Source: Candidatus Eiseniibacteriota bacterium
Lineage (GTDB): Bacteria; Eisenbacteria; RBG-16-71-46
Direction: 5' to 3'
Length of the DNA: 64,000 nt
Assembly: GCA_963744995.1 (NCBI GenBank)
Contig: CAVUWA010000002.1
Coordinates: forward strand, 864,001-928,000
Below, piece by piece: positions 18,290 to 27,998 of the stretch (position 1 is the first letter of the stretch; each line of letters starts with the position of its first letter). Under the pieces are notes generated by a model that was not told the DNA's origin, did no database searches, and saw only the letters and a list, made by a program, of their open reading frames with translations. Both the position numbers and the translations under genes were made by a program.

Positions 18290-20031
18290 GAGGCCTCGAG
18301 CTCGTCCTCGAGCTGCTGCTTGCGGTACAGGTCGGCGTAGGCGCCATCGGCGGCCAGCAGCTCGTCGTGCACGCCGCTCTCGACGATCTCGCCGTCCTCG
18401 AGGACGACGATGCGGTCGGCATCGCGCACCGTGCTCACCCGGTGCGAGACGATCAGCGTGGTGCGGCCGCGCATCTCGGCACGCAGCCCATGCAGGATCG
18501 CGTCTTCGGTCTGCGTGTCCACGCTCGACAGGCAGTCGTCGAGCAGCAGGATCGGCGATCCGCGCAGCAGCGCCCGAGCGATCGCCGCGCGCTGGCGCTG
18601 TCCGCCGCTGAGGGTGATGCCGCGCTCGCCGACCAGCGTGTCGTAGCCGGCCGGGAAATCGCGAATGTCGCCGTCGAGTCCGGCCGTGCGGGCTGCCGCC
18701 TCGACTTCTTCGCGGGTCGCCTCCTCGACGCCGTAGGCGATGTTCTCCTCGACCGTCGCCGTGAACAGGAACGTGTCCTGCGGCACGACCGCCATGCGTG
18801 CGCGCAGCGCGTGCAGGTCGGCCGCGCGGACGTCGGTCCCGTCGACGAACACCGTCTCCGGGGGCGGGTCGAATACCCGCGCGAGCAGCGCGAGCAGGGT
18901 GCTCTTGCCCGAGCCCGTGCGGCCGACCAGGGCGACCGTGTGCCCCGCCGGCACGTGCAGCGACACGTCGCGCAGCGCCGGCGTGCCCGTGCCCGGGTAG
19001 GTGAAGGTCAGGTGCCGCACCTCGATCTCGCCATGGCAGGGATCCAGGCCGGCGGCGCCCGGAACGCTGTCGATCCCGGCGAGGGCGTCGAAGATCTCGC
19101 CCAGTCGCCCGAGCGACGCGGTGCCGCGCTGGAACAGACTGATCACCCAGCCGAGCGCGACCATCGGCCAGTTGAGCATCGCCAGATACACGGTGAACGC
19201 CACGAACTCGCCGAGCGTGATGTGGCCGGCGATCACCTCGCGGCCGCCCAGATAGAGGCCGAGCAGCGCGGCGAGCCCCGACAGGAAGCCGAGCGTGGGG
19301 TGAAAGAGGCCCGAGGTGCGGATCAGCAGCGTGTTGCGCCGCAGGTGCTCGCGGTTGAGCTCACGGAAGTCGTCGAGCTCGCCGGCCTCCCGCGCGAACG
19401 CGCGGACGACGCGCACCCCGGCGAGGTTCTCCTGCACGCGCGCCGAGATCACGGCGAACTGCGCCTGGATGTCCTCGAAGCGACGATGGATGCGGTCGCC
19501 GAAGAACCACACCGTGAACGTCACGAACGGCAGGGGCAGCAGCGAGTACAGCGTGAGTCGCGGGCTGATCGCGATCATGAAGCCGATCGACACCAGTGCG
19601 ACGACCGTCGTGTTCACCATGTACATGACGCCGGGGCCGAGCATCATGCGCACCGCGGACAGGTCGTTGGTGGCGCGCGACATGATTTCGCCCGTGCGGG
19701 TGCGCTGGAAGTACTGGAGCGGCAGCGTCTGCAGGTGGGCGAACAGGTCGTTGCGCAGGTCGAACTCGATGTGCCGCGAGATGCCGATCACGGTCTGCCG
19801 CATCCAGTAGCGGAAGAACCCGGCCGTGACCGCGATCGCCAGCAGCACCAGCGCGTAGTTGAACAACTTCTGTGCGGTGACGCCGCGGTACAGGTCGTCC
19901 ACCGCGAGCCGCAGCACCTGGGGCTGGGTGAGCGCGATCAGGTCCGTGAGGATCACGCACAGGATTCCCCACGCGAGACCCTTGCGGTATCGCGCGAGGT
20001 AGGGGAAGAGGCGCGCCCTCAGGTCGTGGAT
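18286..20031 (-). CDS. ABC exporter TMD-NBD subunit (MdlA/YheI-like, degenerate Walker B), probable ATC start
   Basis: GRTGSGKS, LSGGQRQR, LLLDDCLSSVD. Family-like sequence (LFPYLARYRKGLAWG) continues 25 codons upstream of the GTG at 19956 to an ATC with an RBS. Confidence 0.9.
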   Translation of the reverse strand: MHDLRARLFPYLARYRKGLAWGILCVILTDLIALTQPQVLRLAVDDLYRGVTAQKLFNYALVLLAIAVTAGFFRYWMRQTVIGISRHIEFDLRNDLFAHLQTLPLQYFQRTRTGEIMSRATNDLSAVRMMLGPGVMYMVNTTVVALVSIGFMIAISPRLTLYSLLPLPFVTFTVWFFGDRIHRRFEDIQAQFAVISARVQENLAGVRVVRAFAREAGELDDFRELNREHLRRNTLLIRTSGLFHPTLGFLSGLAALLGLYLGGREVIAGHITLGEFVAFTVYLAMLNWPMVALGWVISLFQRGTASLGRLGEIFDALAGIDSVPGAAGLDPCHGEIEVRHLTFTYPGTGTPALRDVSLHVPAGHTVALVGRTGSGKSTLLALLARVFDPPPETVFVDGTDVRAADLHALRARMAVVPQDTFLFTATVEENIAYGVEEATREEVEAAARTAGLDGDIRDFPAGYDTLVGERGITLSGGQRQRAAIARALLRGSPILLLDDCLSSVDTQTEDAILHGLRAEMRGRTTLIVSHRVSTVRDADRIVVLEDGEIVESGVHDELLAADGAYADLYRKQQLEDELEAS

Positions 20032-20082
20032 GACGGAACCCTCCCAGGCCGTCGTCGAACGCGGGGCGGGCGGCTTCGCAGA

Positions 20083-21030
20083 CTACGGTCGCTGCGCGTT
20101 GCCCAGGAAGCCCTGCAGCCGGTTCAGCCCGGACTGCTTCACGGTGAGCCCGACGTACACGCGGTCCGCGTGCACCGCGTTCTCGGCTGCGGCCGTGTGC
20201 AGCGAGCCCGCGAAAAGATCGATGTGATCGTCCACGCGGTACAGAATCACGGGGCCGGCCAGGTGCTCCGTGATCTTGTCGGCGGGCGTGTCGCCGTCGC
20301 CGACCGCCGCGGCGCCCTCGTAACGTCCGCCGATCAGCAGGTTGCCGAACCAGAATCCCGCCGAGGCGGCCGCGACGAACTGATCGGCAGGTCCTTCGAA
20401 ACGGTGGTTGTAGCCGGCCTCGGCCTCGATGAATCCGCGGCCGGCGATCCGGGCACCGAACGCGATGGTGCCGGCGACGTCCTGCTGACCCCGGCCCGGC
20501 GCGGAATCGACGGTATACACCGTGGTGTCCCGCTCGACCCCGGGCTGAGGGACGACGACCGGAGTCTCGGTGATCACGGTGTCCGGCGTCTCCCAGGCCT
20601 GGCTGACCGCGCGGTTGTAGCCCATCGGAGCCTTCCAGGTCAGGTTGAGCGAAAGTGCCGTCGCGCCGCGCAACAGCGCATAGCGCGCCCCGAGCCGCAT
20701 GTCGCCGAGGACGGTCGCGGTCGGCAGCCGCTCATCGCTCGCAAAACGCCTCGACGTACTGACGAAGGGAATGGACACGAAAACGCCGAGATTCTTCTTC
20801 CAGCCGAATTCGTTCCAGGCCGACAGCGAACGCTGCTCGAGCACGCCCCCGTTCTCGAGCGGCACCCGGTCCCCGTCCCCGTTGCGGTAGGTGTCGGCGT
20901 TGAAGAACGTGCCCCGGATCTCGGTCGACCAGTCGCCGGGCGGCAGGACCCACGCGTCGGCGAGGGCGGCGGAAGGCAGCAGTGCGGACAGCACGAGCGC
21001 GATTCGGATCGCACGGACACTCGAGGTCAT
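20083..21030 (-). CDS. Exported protein, probable outer-membrane beta-barrel
   Basis: Signal peptide (ALA-DAW), alternating amphipathic strands, LGDMRLGARY, C-terminal RVYVGLTVK. Confidence 0.65.
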   Translation of the reverse strand: MTSSVRAIRIALVLSALLPSAALADAWVLPPGDWSTEIRGTFFNADTYRNGDGDRVPLENGGVLEQRSLSAWNEFGWKKNLGVFVSIPFVSTSRRFASDERLPTATVLGDMRLGARYALLRGATALSLNLTWKAPMGYNRAVSQAWETPDTVITETPVVVPQPGVERDTTVYTVDSAPGRGQQDVAGTIAFGARIAGRGFIEAEAGYNHRFEGPADQFVAAASAGFWFGNLLIGGRYEGAAAVGDGDTPADKITEHLAGPVILYRVDDHIDLFAGSLHTAAAENAVHADRVYVGLTVKQSGLNRLQGFLGNAQRP

Positions 21031-21186
21031 GGCGGGACAGATTCCTTCTGGGGAAATGGGTTCAGAATGAGTCGGGCGAGACTATCCGCCGCGTGGGCCG
21101 GAAGCAAGCGCGCTCTGGATGCGGTGAGCGTCGCCGGAGCCGCCGCGCGAGTCGCCCGCACGCCCGGGCTGTGGCACCATCGCGCG

Positions 21187-22179
21187 ATGTCGCGATTCAC
21201 CGTTCTCGAATACGTGCGCGATCCCGGCGGGGTCTGGGTGCTGCCCGAGGCACCGCTCGAAGCTCTGCGTCGCGAGTTTCCCGACGTCACGATTCTCTCG
21301 CCCGCCGGACGCAAGGAAGCGGACGCGCGCCTTCCCGACGCCGACGTCGTGCTCGGCTACGCGGTGACCCCCGACAACTTCGCGAGCGCCCGGCGCCTGC
21401 GCTGGATCCAGATCACCGCGGCCGGCCTCGGCCACATGCTGTTTCCGGCGCTGGTCGAGAGCGACGTGGTGCTCACCAACGGCAGCGGCCTGTTCTCGGA
21501 CGCCATGGCCGAGCACGCCATGGGCATGATGCTCGCCTTCGCGCGCAAGCTGCATCTGGCGCGCGACGTCCAGCACGAACGCCGCTGGGCGCACGTGGCG
21601 TTGCGCGACACGCCGCCCGCGTTCGGCGTGCTGCAGGGCACGACGCTCGGGATCGTCGGCTTCGGCTCGATCGGCGCGGCCGTGGCGCGCCGCGCGCAGG
21701 CGTTCGGAATGCGGGTCATCGGCCTGCGCCGCACGCCGGCGACGCCGCCCGACCCTGCCGACGAACAGTGGGCCTCGGATCGCCTGCACGAGCTGCTGCA
21801 GACGTCGGACTGGGTCGTGCTCGCAGCACCGCTCACGGCCGAGACCCGCGCGATGCTCGGCGCGGAAGAGCTCGCCGCGATGCGGCCCCACGCGGTGCTC
21901 GTGAACCTCGGCCGCGGCGCGCTGCTCGACGAGCCGGCTTTGATCGAAACGCTCGCCGCGGGCCGGATCGGCGGCGCGGCACTGGACGTCGCGAACACGG
22001 AGCCGCTGCCCGACACGAGTCCGCTGTGGACGCTGCCGAACGTGATCCTCACGCCGCACGTCTCGGGGCTCGGCCCCGGACTCTGGGAGCGCGCGATCGA
22101 ACTCTTCGCCCGCAATCTGCGCGCGTTCCTCGACGGCCGTCCGCTCGAGAACGTCGTGGACAAGCGGGCGGGCTACTGA
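21187..22179 (+). CDS. D-2-hydroxyacid dehydrogenase
   Basis: GIVGFGSIG Rossmann motif, VNLGRG, LDV..TEPLP, TPHVSG, ENVVDKRAGY. Confidence 0.93.
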   Translation: MSRFTVLEYVRDPGGVWVLPEAPLEALRREFPDVTILSPAGRKEADARLPDADVVLGYAVTPDNFASARRLRWIQITAAGLGHMLFPALVESDVVLTNGSGLFSDAMAEHAMGMMLAFARKLHLARDVQHERRWAHVALRDTPPAFGVLQGTTLGIVGFGSIGAAVARRAQAFGMRVIGLRRTPATPPDPADEQWASDRLHELLQTSDWVVLAAPLTAETRAMLGAEELAAMRPHAVLVNLGRGALLDEPALIETLAAGRIGGAALDVANTEPLPDTSPLWTLPNVILTPHVSGLGPGLWERAIELFARNLRAFLDGRPLENVVDKRAGY

Positions 22180-22187
22180 GCGGGCGG

Positions 22188-22787
22188 GTGCGGCTCGGCA
22201 TCGTGCTCGCGGGCGGCACCGGGACGCGTCTCGGCGCAGGGCGCGCGAAGGCGCTCGTGGAGCTCGGCGGGCACACGCTGCTCGAGCGCGCCTGCGCGAC
22301 GCTCTCCGCCTGCTGCGACGACCTCGTGGTCGCGGCGCCGGCCGCGCTCGAACTGCCCGGTTGCCCGGCGCCACGGGCCGCCGATGCGCCGGGGACCGCC
22401 GGCCCGCTCGCCGGAATCGTCGCGGGGGCGGCCGCCCGGCCCGCGCGCGACGCGATCGTGCTCGGCGTGGACTTCCCGCTCGTCACCCCGGCGTGGCTCG
22501 GCGCGCTCGCCGCGCGCCGCGGCGGACGCGAGGCGGTGATCCCCGCGCCGGGCGGCCGGATCCAGCCGCTCGTGGCGGTCTACGCGGCGCCGGCGCTCGA
22601 AACGCTGGCGGCGCGATTCGCGGCGGGCGAGCGCGCGGTGACGCGCGCGGCGCGCGCGCTCGACGCCGACCTGCCGGACGACGCGGCGCTCGACCTGCTG
22701 CCGGGCGGACGCGCGGCGCTCCTCAACGTCAACACGCCCGCGGACCTCGAGGCGGCGCGGGCGGCGCTCGGCGCCCTGCCCGGCTGA
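22188..22787 (+). CDS. mobA: Molybdenum cofactor guanylyltransferase
   Basis: IVLAGGTGTRLG..KA, GPLAGI, DFPLV, QPLVAVY, NVNTPADL. Confidence 0.85.
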   Translation: MRLGIVLAGGTGTRLGAGRAKALVELGGHTLLERACATLSACCDDLVVAAPAALELPGCPAPRAADAPGTAGPLAGIVAGAAARPARDAIVLGVDFPLVTPAWLGALAARRGGREAVIPAPGGRIQPLVAVYAAPALETLAARFAAGERAVTRAARALDADLPDDAALDLLPGGRAALLNVNTPADLEAARAALGALPG

Positions 22788-22858
22788 GAAGTCGGCCGTT
22801 GCGTACCGGCCCGCGCGCGGCGACACTCGCGCGGTCACTGGATCTCGAGGAGGAACGC

Positions 22859-24175
22859 ATGAAGTCACCGGCCGGCAGCGACCCCGGCGCGGGGCGTGCC
22901 GCGCGCACGCTGGCCCTGGGCGGCGTGCCGCTCGATCGTGTGTTCGCGGGGCTCGCGCGGCTCGAACCCGCCGCGGACGCGTGCTACGCGTACGATCTCG
23001 ACGCGATCGCCGCCCGGGCGCGCGCGTTCGGGCGCGCGTTCGAGGCGGTGAGCGCATTCGCGGCCTACGCGATGAAGGCGAACGGGCTGCCGGCGCTGCT
23101 CGAACGTCTCGCGCGCGAAGGGTTCGGGGCCGACGCGGGCTCGCTCGGCGAGCTCGAGCTCGCCGCTGCGGCGGGGTTCCCGCCCGGGCACACGGTGCTC
23201 AACGGCAACGGCCGGACGGCGGCCGAAGCGGACCGCGCGGCGGCGCGCGGCCTGCGCCTCGTCAACGCCGACCTCGTCGAGGAACTCGATCTGCTGGAGG
23301 CCGCCTGCGCGCGGCACGACCGCCGCTTGCGCGTCGCACTGCGCGTGAATCCCGGCATCGACACGCCCGGCCACCGGCACGTGGCGACCGGCGACGACGC
23401 GGCGAAATTCGGCATGGCGCCGGCCGACGCGCTCGCCGCATGGTCCGGGCGGGCCCGCTGGCCGCACCTCGACCTGGACGGGCTGCACGTCCACGTGGGC
23501 TCGCAGATTCTCGACCCCGGTCCGGCCGAGCGCGCGCTCGAGGCCGCGCTCGCTCTGGTGGACGAGGCCGCGCGCCGCGGCCGACGCGTGGGCGTCGTCA
23601 ACATGGGGGGCGGGATGGGGGTGGACTACGACGTCGCGGAGGGCGACGGGCGCGACTTCCCGCTCGACGCGTGGGCGTCGCGGATCGCCGCCGCCGCCGC
23701 CGGCCGCGCGCTGGAATGGACGTTCGAGCCGGGACGCTGGCTGGTCGCCCGCGCCGGCGTGCTGATCGCGCGCGTCCGGTGGATCAAGCGCCGCGGCACG
23801 CACCGCTTCGTCGTGCTCGGGGCCGGGATGAACGACTTCATCCGTCCGGCCCTGTACGGCGCGCGCCACCGCATCGTCGCGGTGTCGCCGCGCGAAGGCC
23901 CGGTGACGGACGCGACGGTCGTGGGGCCCGTGTGCGAGAGCGGCGACGTATTCGCCCGCGAGGTGCCGCTGCCGCCGCTCGCCGCCGGCGACCTCGTCGC
24001 GATTCTCGACACGGGCGCCTACGGGGCTTCGATGGCATCCAATTACAACGGCCGCGGACGACTGGCCGAAGTCGTGGTCGAGGGCGGCCGCGCGCGCCGC
24101 GCCCGTGCCGGCGAGACGCCGCACGATCTGCTCGCGCGCCGCACCGAGGATCCGCTCGACCTCCGGGAAACGTGA
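22859..24175 (+). CDS. lysA: Diaminopimelate decarboxylase
   Basis: YAMKAN (PLP lysine), KFG, HVGSQI, EPGR, RPALYGA, GPVCESGD, GAYGASMASNYN. RBS GAGGAGG. Confidence 0.92.
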   Translation: MKSPAGSDPGAGRAARTLALGGVPLDRVFAGLARLEPAADACYAYDLDAIAARARAFGRAFEAVSAFAAYAMKANGLPALLERLAREGFGADAGSLGELELAAAAGFPPGHTVLNGNGRTAAEADRAAARGLRLVNADLVEELDLLEAACARHDRRLRVALRVNPGIDTPGHRHVATGDDAAKFGMAPADALAAWSGRARWPHLDLDGLHVHVGSQILDPGPAERALEAALALVDEAARRGRRVGVVNMGGGMGVDYDVAEGDGRDFPLDAWASRIAAAAAGRALEWTFEPGRWLVARAGVLIARVRWIKRRGTHRFVVLGAGMNDFIRPALYGARHRIVAVSPREGPVTDATVVGPVCESGDVFAREVPLPPLAAGDLVAILDTGAYGASMASNYNGRGRLAEVVVEGGRARRARAGETPHDLLARRTEDPLDLRET

Positions 24176-24233
24176 AACGAAAACGGCGCGGCGTCCGCGA
24201 GGACGCCGCGCCGCGCAGATACGTGTCGAGCGC

Positions 24234-24875
24234 CTAGAGCGCGATCCTGGGGAGCATCGCGACCAGCAGGGTGGCCGGGCTCGAGCCGAGGTTGGAGTAG
24301 GCGTGGGTCTGATGCGCGCGGAAGTGCATCGAGTCGCCCTCGCGCAGCACCAGCGTGAGCTGATCCACGCGGATCTCGGCGACGCCGCTCAGCACCGTGA
24401 CCCACTCCTCGCCCTCGTGCCGGTGGACGAGGGCCGGCTCGCGACCGATCGGCAGCGAGACGATCTGCGCGCCGAGCGTCGTGCACGACGTGGCTTCGGT
24501 GACGGGCTCGAGCGTGGCGAGTCCCCACTGCACCGCCTGCGCGCGGCGGTCCTCGGCGCGCATGATGCACACGTCGGGAGATCCCAGCGGTTCGACGAGC
24601 GTGGCCGGACGCAGCCCGAGGGCGACCGCGATGCGGCCGAGCGCGCCCACCGTGGGCGATGCCTTGCCCCGTTCGATCTCCGAGACGTGGGTGGCGGAAA
24701 TGCCGCCACGCGACTCGAGATCCTTGAGGGTCAGTCCGCGCGAGACGCGCAGCATCTTGATGCGATGGCCGAGTTCGACGGGTGACGGATCGCGCATCGC
24801 GCGCGGCGACTCGCCGAGGGCGGCCGGCGTCGGGCGCGAAGTCTGGACGGTCTCTTCGGTGCCGTGTGCGTTCAC
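24234..24875 (-). CDS. XRE-cupin regulator with intact cupin His motifs
   Basis: SATHVSEIERGKASPT and HRHEGEEW...GDSMHF....H. GTG overlaps the upstream TGA. Confidence 0.88.
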   Translation of the reverse strand: MNAHGTEETVQTSRPTPAALGESPRAMRDPSPVELGHRIKMLRVSRGLTLKDLESRGGISATHVSEIERGKASPTVGALGRIAVALGLRPATLVEPLGSPDVCIMRAEDRRAQAVQWGLATLEPVTEATSCTTLGAQIVSLPIGREPALVHRHEGEEWVTVLSGVAEIRVDQLTLVLREGDSMHFRAHQTHAYSNLGSSPATLLVAMLPRIAL

Positions 24876-25453
24876 GGGGTCTCCGTCATGGAGTGGGTGG
24901 TGAGAAGGACGATCTCGGCCGTTCCATCGGCGGCATGGAGGTCGTGCGCGATCGACAGCGTGGCCTGGGCCGCGTCGCCCGCCGACAGCGTCGAGCGGGA
25001 ATCGCCGAAGCGGGCCTCGACCTTGCCGCTCTTCACGAAGTAGATGGCCTGATCGTCGCTGCCGGTGGCGGCGAGGGTGATCCGTGCGTTCTTCGCCGGA
25101 TCGAGACGGACGCGATAGGCGAACACACGACTGCCGGGGATGCCCGGCGTGAGGATCTCGGCGGGGGCGCCACCCGGCAATGCATGGACGCCGACCGCAC
25201 CCTTCACGTGAGCCACGTCCTCCCGCTCCTCGCTCTCGATGAAGTAGGAGGCGTCCTTGTTGAGCGCCCGCGCGATGCGAACCAGCGCGCCGATGGTGGG
25301 GGACGTGCGGCCGCGCTCGATCTCGGACAGATGGGTGGCGGACAGACCGGAGGCCAGCTCCACCTGCTTGAGCGTCAGTCGAGACTCCATGCGCAACTTG
25401 CGGATTCGTCTGCCGAGTTCCTCGATTTCGACGATCGCCGACATATGGGGCAT
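24872..25453 (-). CDS. XRE-cupin regulator with degenerate cupin
   Basis: LGRRIRKLR...SATHLSEIERGRTSPT. Cupin lacks the HxHxGEE motif. Confidence 0.88.
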   Translation of the reverse strand: MPHMSAIVEIEELGRRIRKLRMESRLTLKQVELASGLSATHLSEIERGRTSPTIGALVRIARALNKDASYFIESEEREDVAHVKGAVGVHALPGGAPAEILTPGIPGSRVFAYRVRLDPAKNARITLAATGSDDQAIYFVKSGKVEARFGDSRSTLSAGDAAQATLSIAHDLHAADGTAEIVLLTTHSMTETP

Positions 25454-25706
25454 GTCCTCGGAGGGGGGGGAAGCGGCCCGCCGCGAGCGGGACGTGCATG
25501 CCGCCCGTGGCGAAGGATTTTTCTGAAAGAGGCGCCCGACGGCCCGGATCCGGTGCGAGTCGAGGGAGTGATCGCAATGACTTCCTGGGACGCCTTCCGC
25601 CCATTACCAAATCGCGGCAGATGGTGTCACATCGCGCGCGCGCCGGTCAAGAAAACCGGTTACGCCGTGGACATTTGCGCGGCCGGGCAGTACGCCGGTG
25701 GTAGCC

Positions 25707-25805
25707 TTGACACCTCCTTGTCGAGGCGCGAAACTGCGCGACCGCAAATCCCCTCCGCCATCATCCGCGGAAGTCGGGTGTCCGACATTGTGAAAACAAG
25801 CGCAA
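25707..25805 (+). promoter_or_regulatory. Putative etf-nuo promoter with Rex-like operator
   Basis: TTGACA (25707)-17 bp-GAAACT, then TTGTGAA-AACA-AGCGCAA (25788-25805) versus the Rex consensus TTGTGAA-N4-TTCACAA. Confidence 0.45.
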
Positions 25806-25844
25806 AGTGCGGTTTTCGGCATTCGACATGACAAGGAGTGCGTC

Positions 25845-26597
25845 GTGCTTCAGGTCGTTTGCATCAAGCAGGTTCCGGACACGGAGACGCGGGTGAAGGT
25901 CGCGGCCGACGGCAAGCAGGCCGATCCGGCCGGCGTCACCTGGGTCATGAACCCCTACGACGAATTTGCGCTAGAGGAGGCCCTGCGCCAGCGCGAGAAG
26001 GCCGGCGAGGGCGAGGTCGTGGCGCTGACTCTGGGGGGCGCCGGTGCGACCACGACGATCCGCAACGCGCTCGCGATGGGCGCCGATCGTGCGATCCATC
26101 TGACCCACGAAGGAGCGCCGCTCGATCCGCTTCAGGTGTCGCGCGCTCTGGCCGCGGAGATCGGTCCGCTCTCGCCCTCCGTCGTCTGGTTCGGCCGCCA
26201 GGCGGTGGACGACGATGCCGCTCAGGTCGGCCCGATGGTCGCCGAACGCCTCGGGCTGCCCTGCGTCACCGCGGTCGCGAAGTTCGAACTCGAGGGCGAG
26301 GTCGCCACGGTCGAGCGTGAGATCGAGGGTGGCCGCGAGGTGTTCGAGGTCCGGCTGCCCGCCGTGTTCGCCGCCGACAAGGGGCTCAACGAGCCGCGCT
26401 ACGCGTCGCTCAAGGGCATCATGGCCGCGAAGAAGAAGCCGATCGAGGCGAAGCCCGCCGCGCCGGGCGACCCGGGGCTCGAAGTGCTCGCCCTGGAGCT
26501 GCCGCCGGCGCGCAGCGCCGGCCGCATCGTGGGAGAGGGGCCGGGCGCGGTGGCCGAGCTGGTGCGCGTCCTGCGCGAAGAAGCCAAGGTCATCTGA
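25845..26597 (+). CDS. etfB: Electron transfer flavoprotein beta subunit
   Basis: VCIKQVPDT, MNPYDEFALEEAL, GRQAVDDD..QVG, NEPRYASLKGIM. Confidence 0.96.
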   Translation: MLQVVCIKQVPDTETRVKVAADGKQADPAGVTWVMNPYDEFALEEALRQREKAGEGEVVALTLGGAGATTTIRNALAMGADRAIHLTHEGAPLDPLQVSRALAAEIGPLSPSVVWFGRQAVDDDAAQVGPMVAERLGLPCVTAVAKFELEGEVATVEREIEGGREVFEVRLPAVFAADKGLNEPRYASLKGIMAAKKKPIEAKPAAPGDPGLEVLALELPPARSAGRIVGEGPGAVAELVRVLREEAKVI

Positions 26598-26610
26598 GGA
26601 GGCGCGCGAC

Positions 26611-27588
26611 ATGAGTGTTCTGGTGTTCATCGAGCAGCGCGACGGCGCGCTGCGCTCCGGCGCCCGCGAGGTCCTGGGCGTGGCCGCACGACTCGCGGCG
26701 GACCTCGGCGGGCCGGTCGTCGGCGTCTGCGCGGCGGCGGCCGATCCCGGGCTGGCCGGGCTCGGCGACGCGGGCGCCGAGCAGGTGCTGCTGGCCACCC
26801 ACGAGTCGTTCGCCCGTTACGATCCCGCCGGCTACACCGCCGCGGTGGTGGCGGCGGCGAAGCAGACGTCCCCGAAGGCGATCCTGTTCTCGGCATCGGC
26901 CATGGGAAAGGATCTCGCGCCGCGCGTCGCCGCGCAGCTCGATGCGGGCCTGGCCTCCGACTGCACCGCGATCGAGGTCGAGGGCGGCCGGCTGGTCGCC
27001 ACACGCCCGGTCTACGCGGGCAAGGCCAATCAGAAGCTGGCGTTTCCGGGCCCCTGCGCGATCGCCGCGCTGCGGCCGAAGGTGTTCCCGGCCGCCGCCG
27101 GAGCCGGCAGGAGCGCGGAGGTTCAGGCGCTGGCCACGGAGTGGGCGCCGGACGACGCGCGGGCACGGGTCACCGGCGTCGAAGCGGCCGCCGGAGGCAA
27201 GGTGGATCTCACCGAGTCCGAGATCATCGTTTCAGGAGGGCGCGGTCTCAAGGGTCCCGAACATTTCCAGCTGATCGAAGCGCTCGCCGAGGCGCTCGGG
27301 GCCACCGTGGGCGCATCGCGCGCCGTGGTCGATGCCGGCTGGCGGCCGCATTCGGACCAGGTGGGGCAGACCGGCAAGACCGTTTCGCCCAAGCTCTACG
27401 TGGCGGTGGGCATTTCGGGGGCGATTCAGCATCTGGCGGGCATGTCGTCGTCGCGCTGCATCGTCGCGATCAACAAGGATCCCGAGGCCCCCATATTCAA
27501 AGTCGCGGATTACGGTATTGTGGGCGATCTGTTCGAGATCGTGCCGGCGCTCACCGAGGAAGTGAAGAAGCTGAACGCCGCGGTATAG
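26611..27588 (+). CDS. etfA: Electron transfer flavoprotein alpha subunit
   Basis: SGGRGL, GASRAVVDAGW, QVGQTGKTV, GISGAIQHLAGM, INKDPEAPIF. Confidence 0.96.
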   Translation: MSVLVFIEQRDGALRSGAREVLGVAARLAADLGGPVVGVCAAAADPGLAGLGDAGAEQVLLATHESFARYDPAGYTAAVVAAAKQTSPKAILFSASAMGKDLAPRVAAQLDAGLASDCTAIEVEGGRLVATRPVYAGKANQKLAFPGPCAIAALRPKVFPAAAGAGRSAEVQALATEWAPDDARARVTGVEAAAGGKVDLTESEIIVSGGRGLKGPEHFQLIEALAEALGATVGASRAVVDAGWRPHSDQVGQTGKTVSPKLYVAVGISGAIQHLAGMSSSRCIVAINKDPEAPIFKVADYGIVGDLFEIVPALTEEVKKLNAAV

Positions 27589-27609
27589 GGCCGGTGCGGG
27601 GGAAGGACC

Positions 27610-27963
27610 ATGCAGGCATACATTCCGATCCTGATGTTCGTGATCGTCGCGGGGTTGTTCTCGGCCGGGACGCTCGTCATGTCGCACCTGATCGTTCCCC
27701 GCCGCCGCAGCCCCCGCAAGATGTCGGCCTACGAGTGCGGTGTCGAGCCCGTCGGCAACGCGCGCGGCCGGTTCAGCGTGAAGTTCTATCTCGTGGCCGT
27801 GCTGTTCATCCTGTTCGACGTGGAAGTCGTGTTCCTTTACCCGTGGGCCGTCACCTTCCGTGGGCTCGGTCTCACCGGCCTGATCGCGATGACGTTGTTC
27901 CTCGTGATCCTGACCGTGGGACTGGTCTACGAGTTCAAGAAGAAGGCGCTGGACTGGGATTGA
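27610..27963 (+). CDS. nuoA: NADH-quinone oxidoreductase subunit A
   Basis: YECGVEP, FYLVAVLFILFDVE, 3 TM. Confidence 0.96.
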   Translation: MQAYIPILMFVIVAGLFSAGTLVMSHLIVPRRRSPRKMSAYECGVEPVGNARGRFSVKFYLVAVLFILFDVEVVFLYPWAVTFRGLGLTGLIAMTLFLVILTVGLVYEFKKKALDWD

Positions 27964-27998
27964 CGTCGTTCGCTCGGAGCCGCAGGAGGTGATCCTCG

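Noticed and set aside
18367..22179. 1270 aa ORF as a fusion protein
   Set aside because: The N-terminal 940 codons are antisense to the ABC and barrel genes. The real gene starts at 21187.
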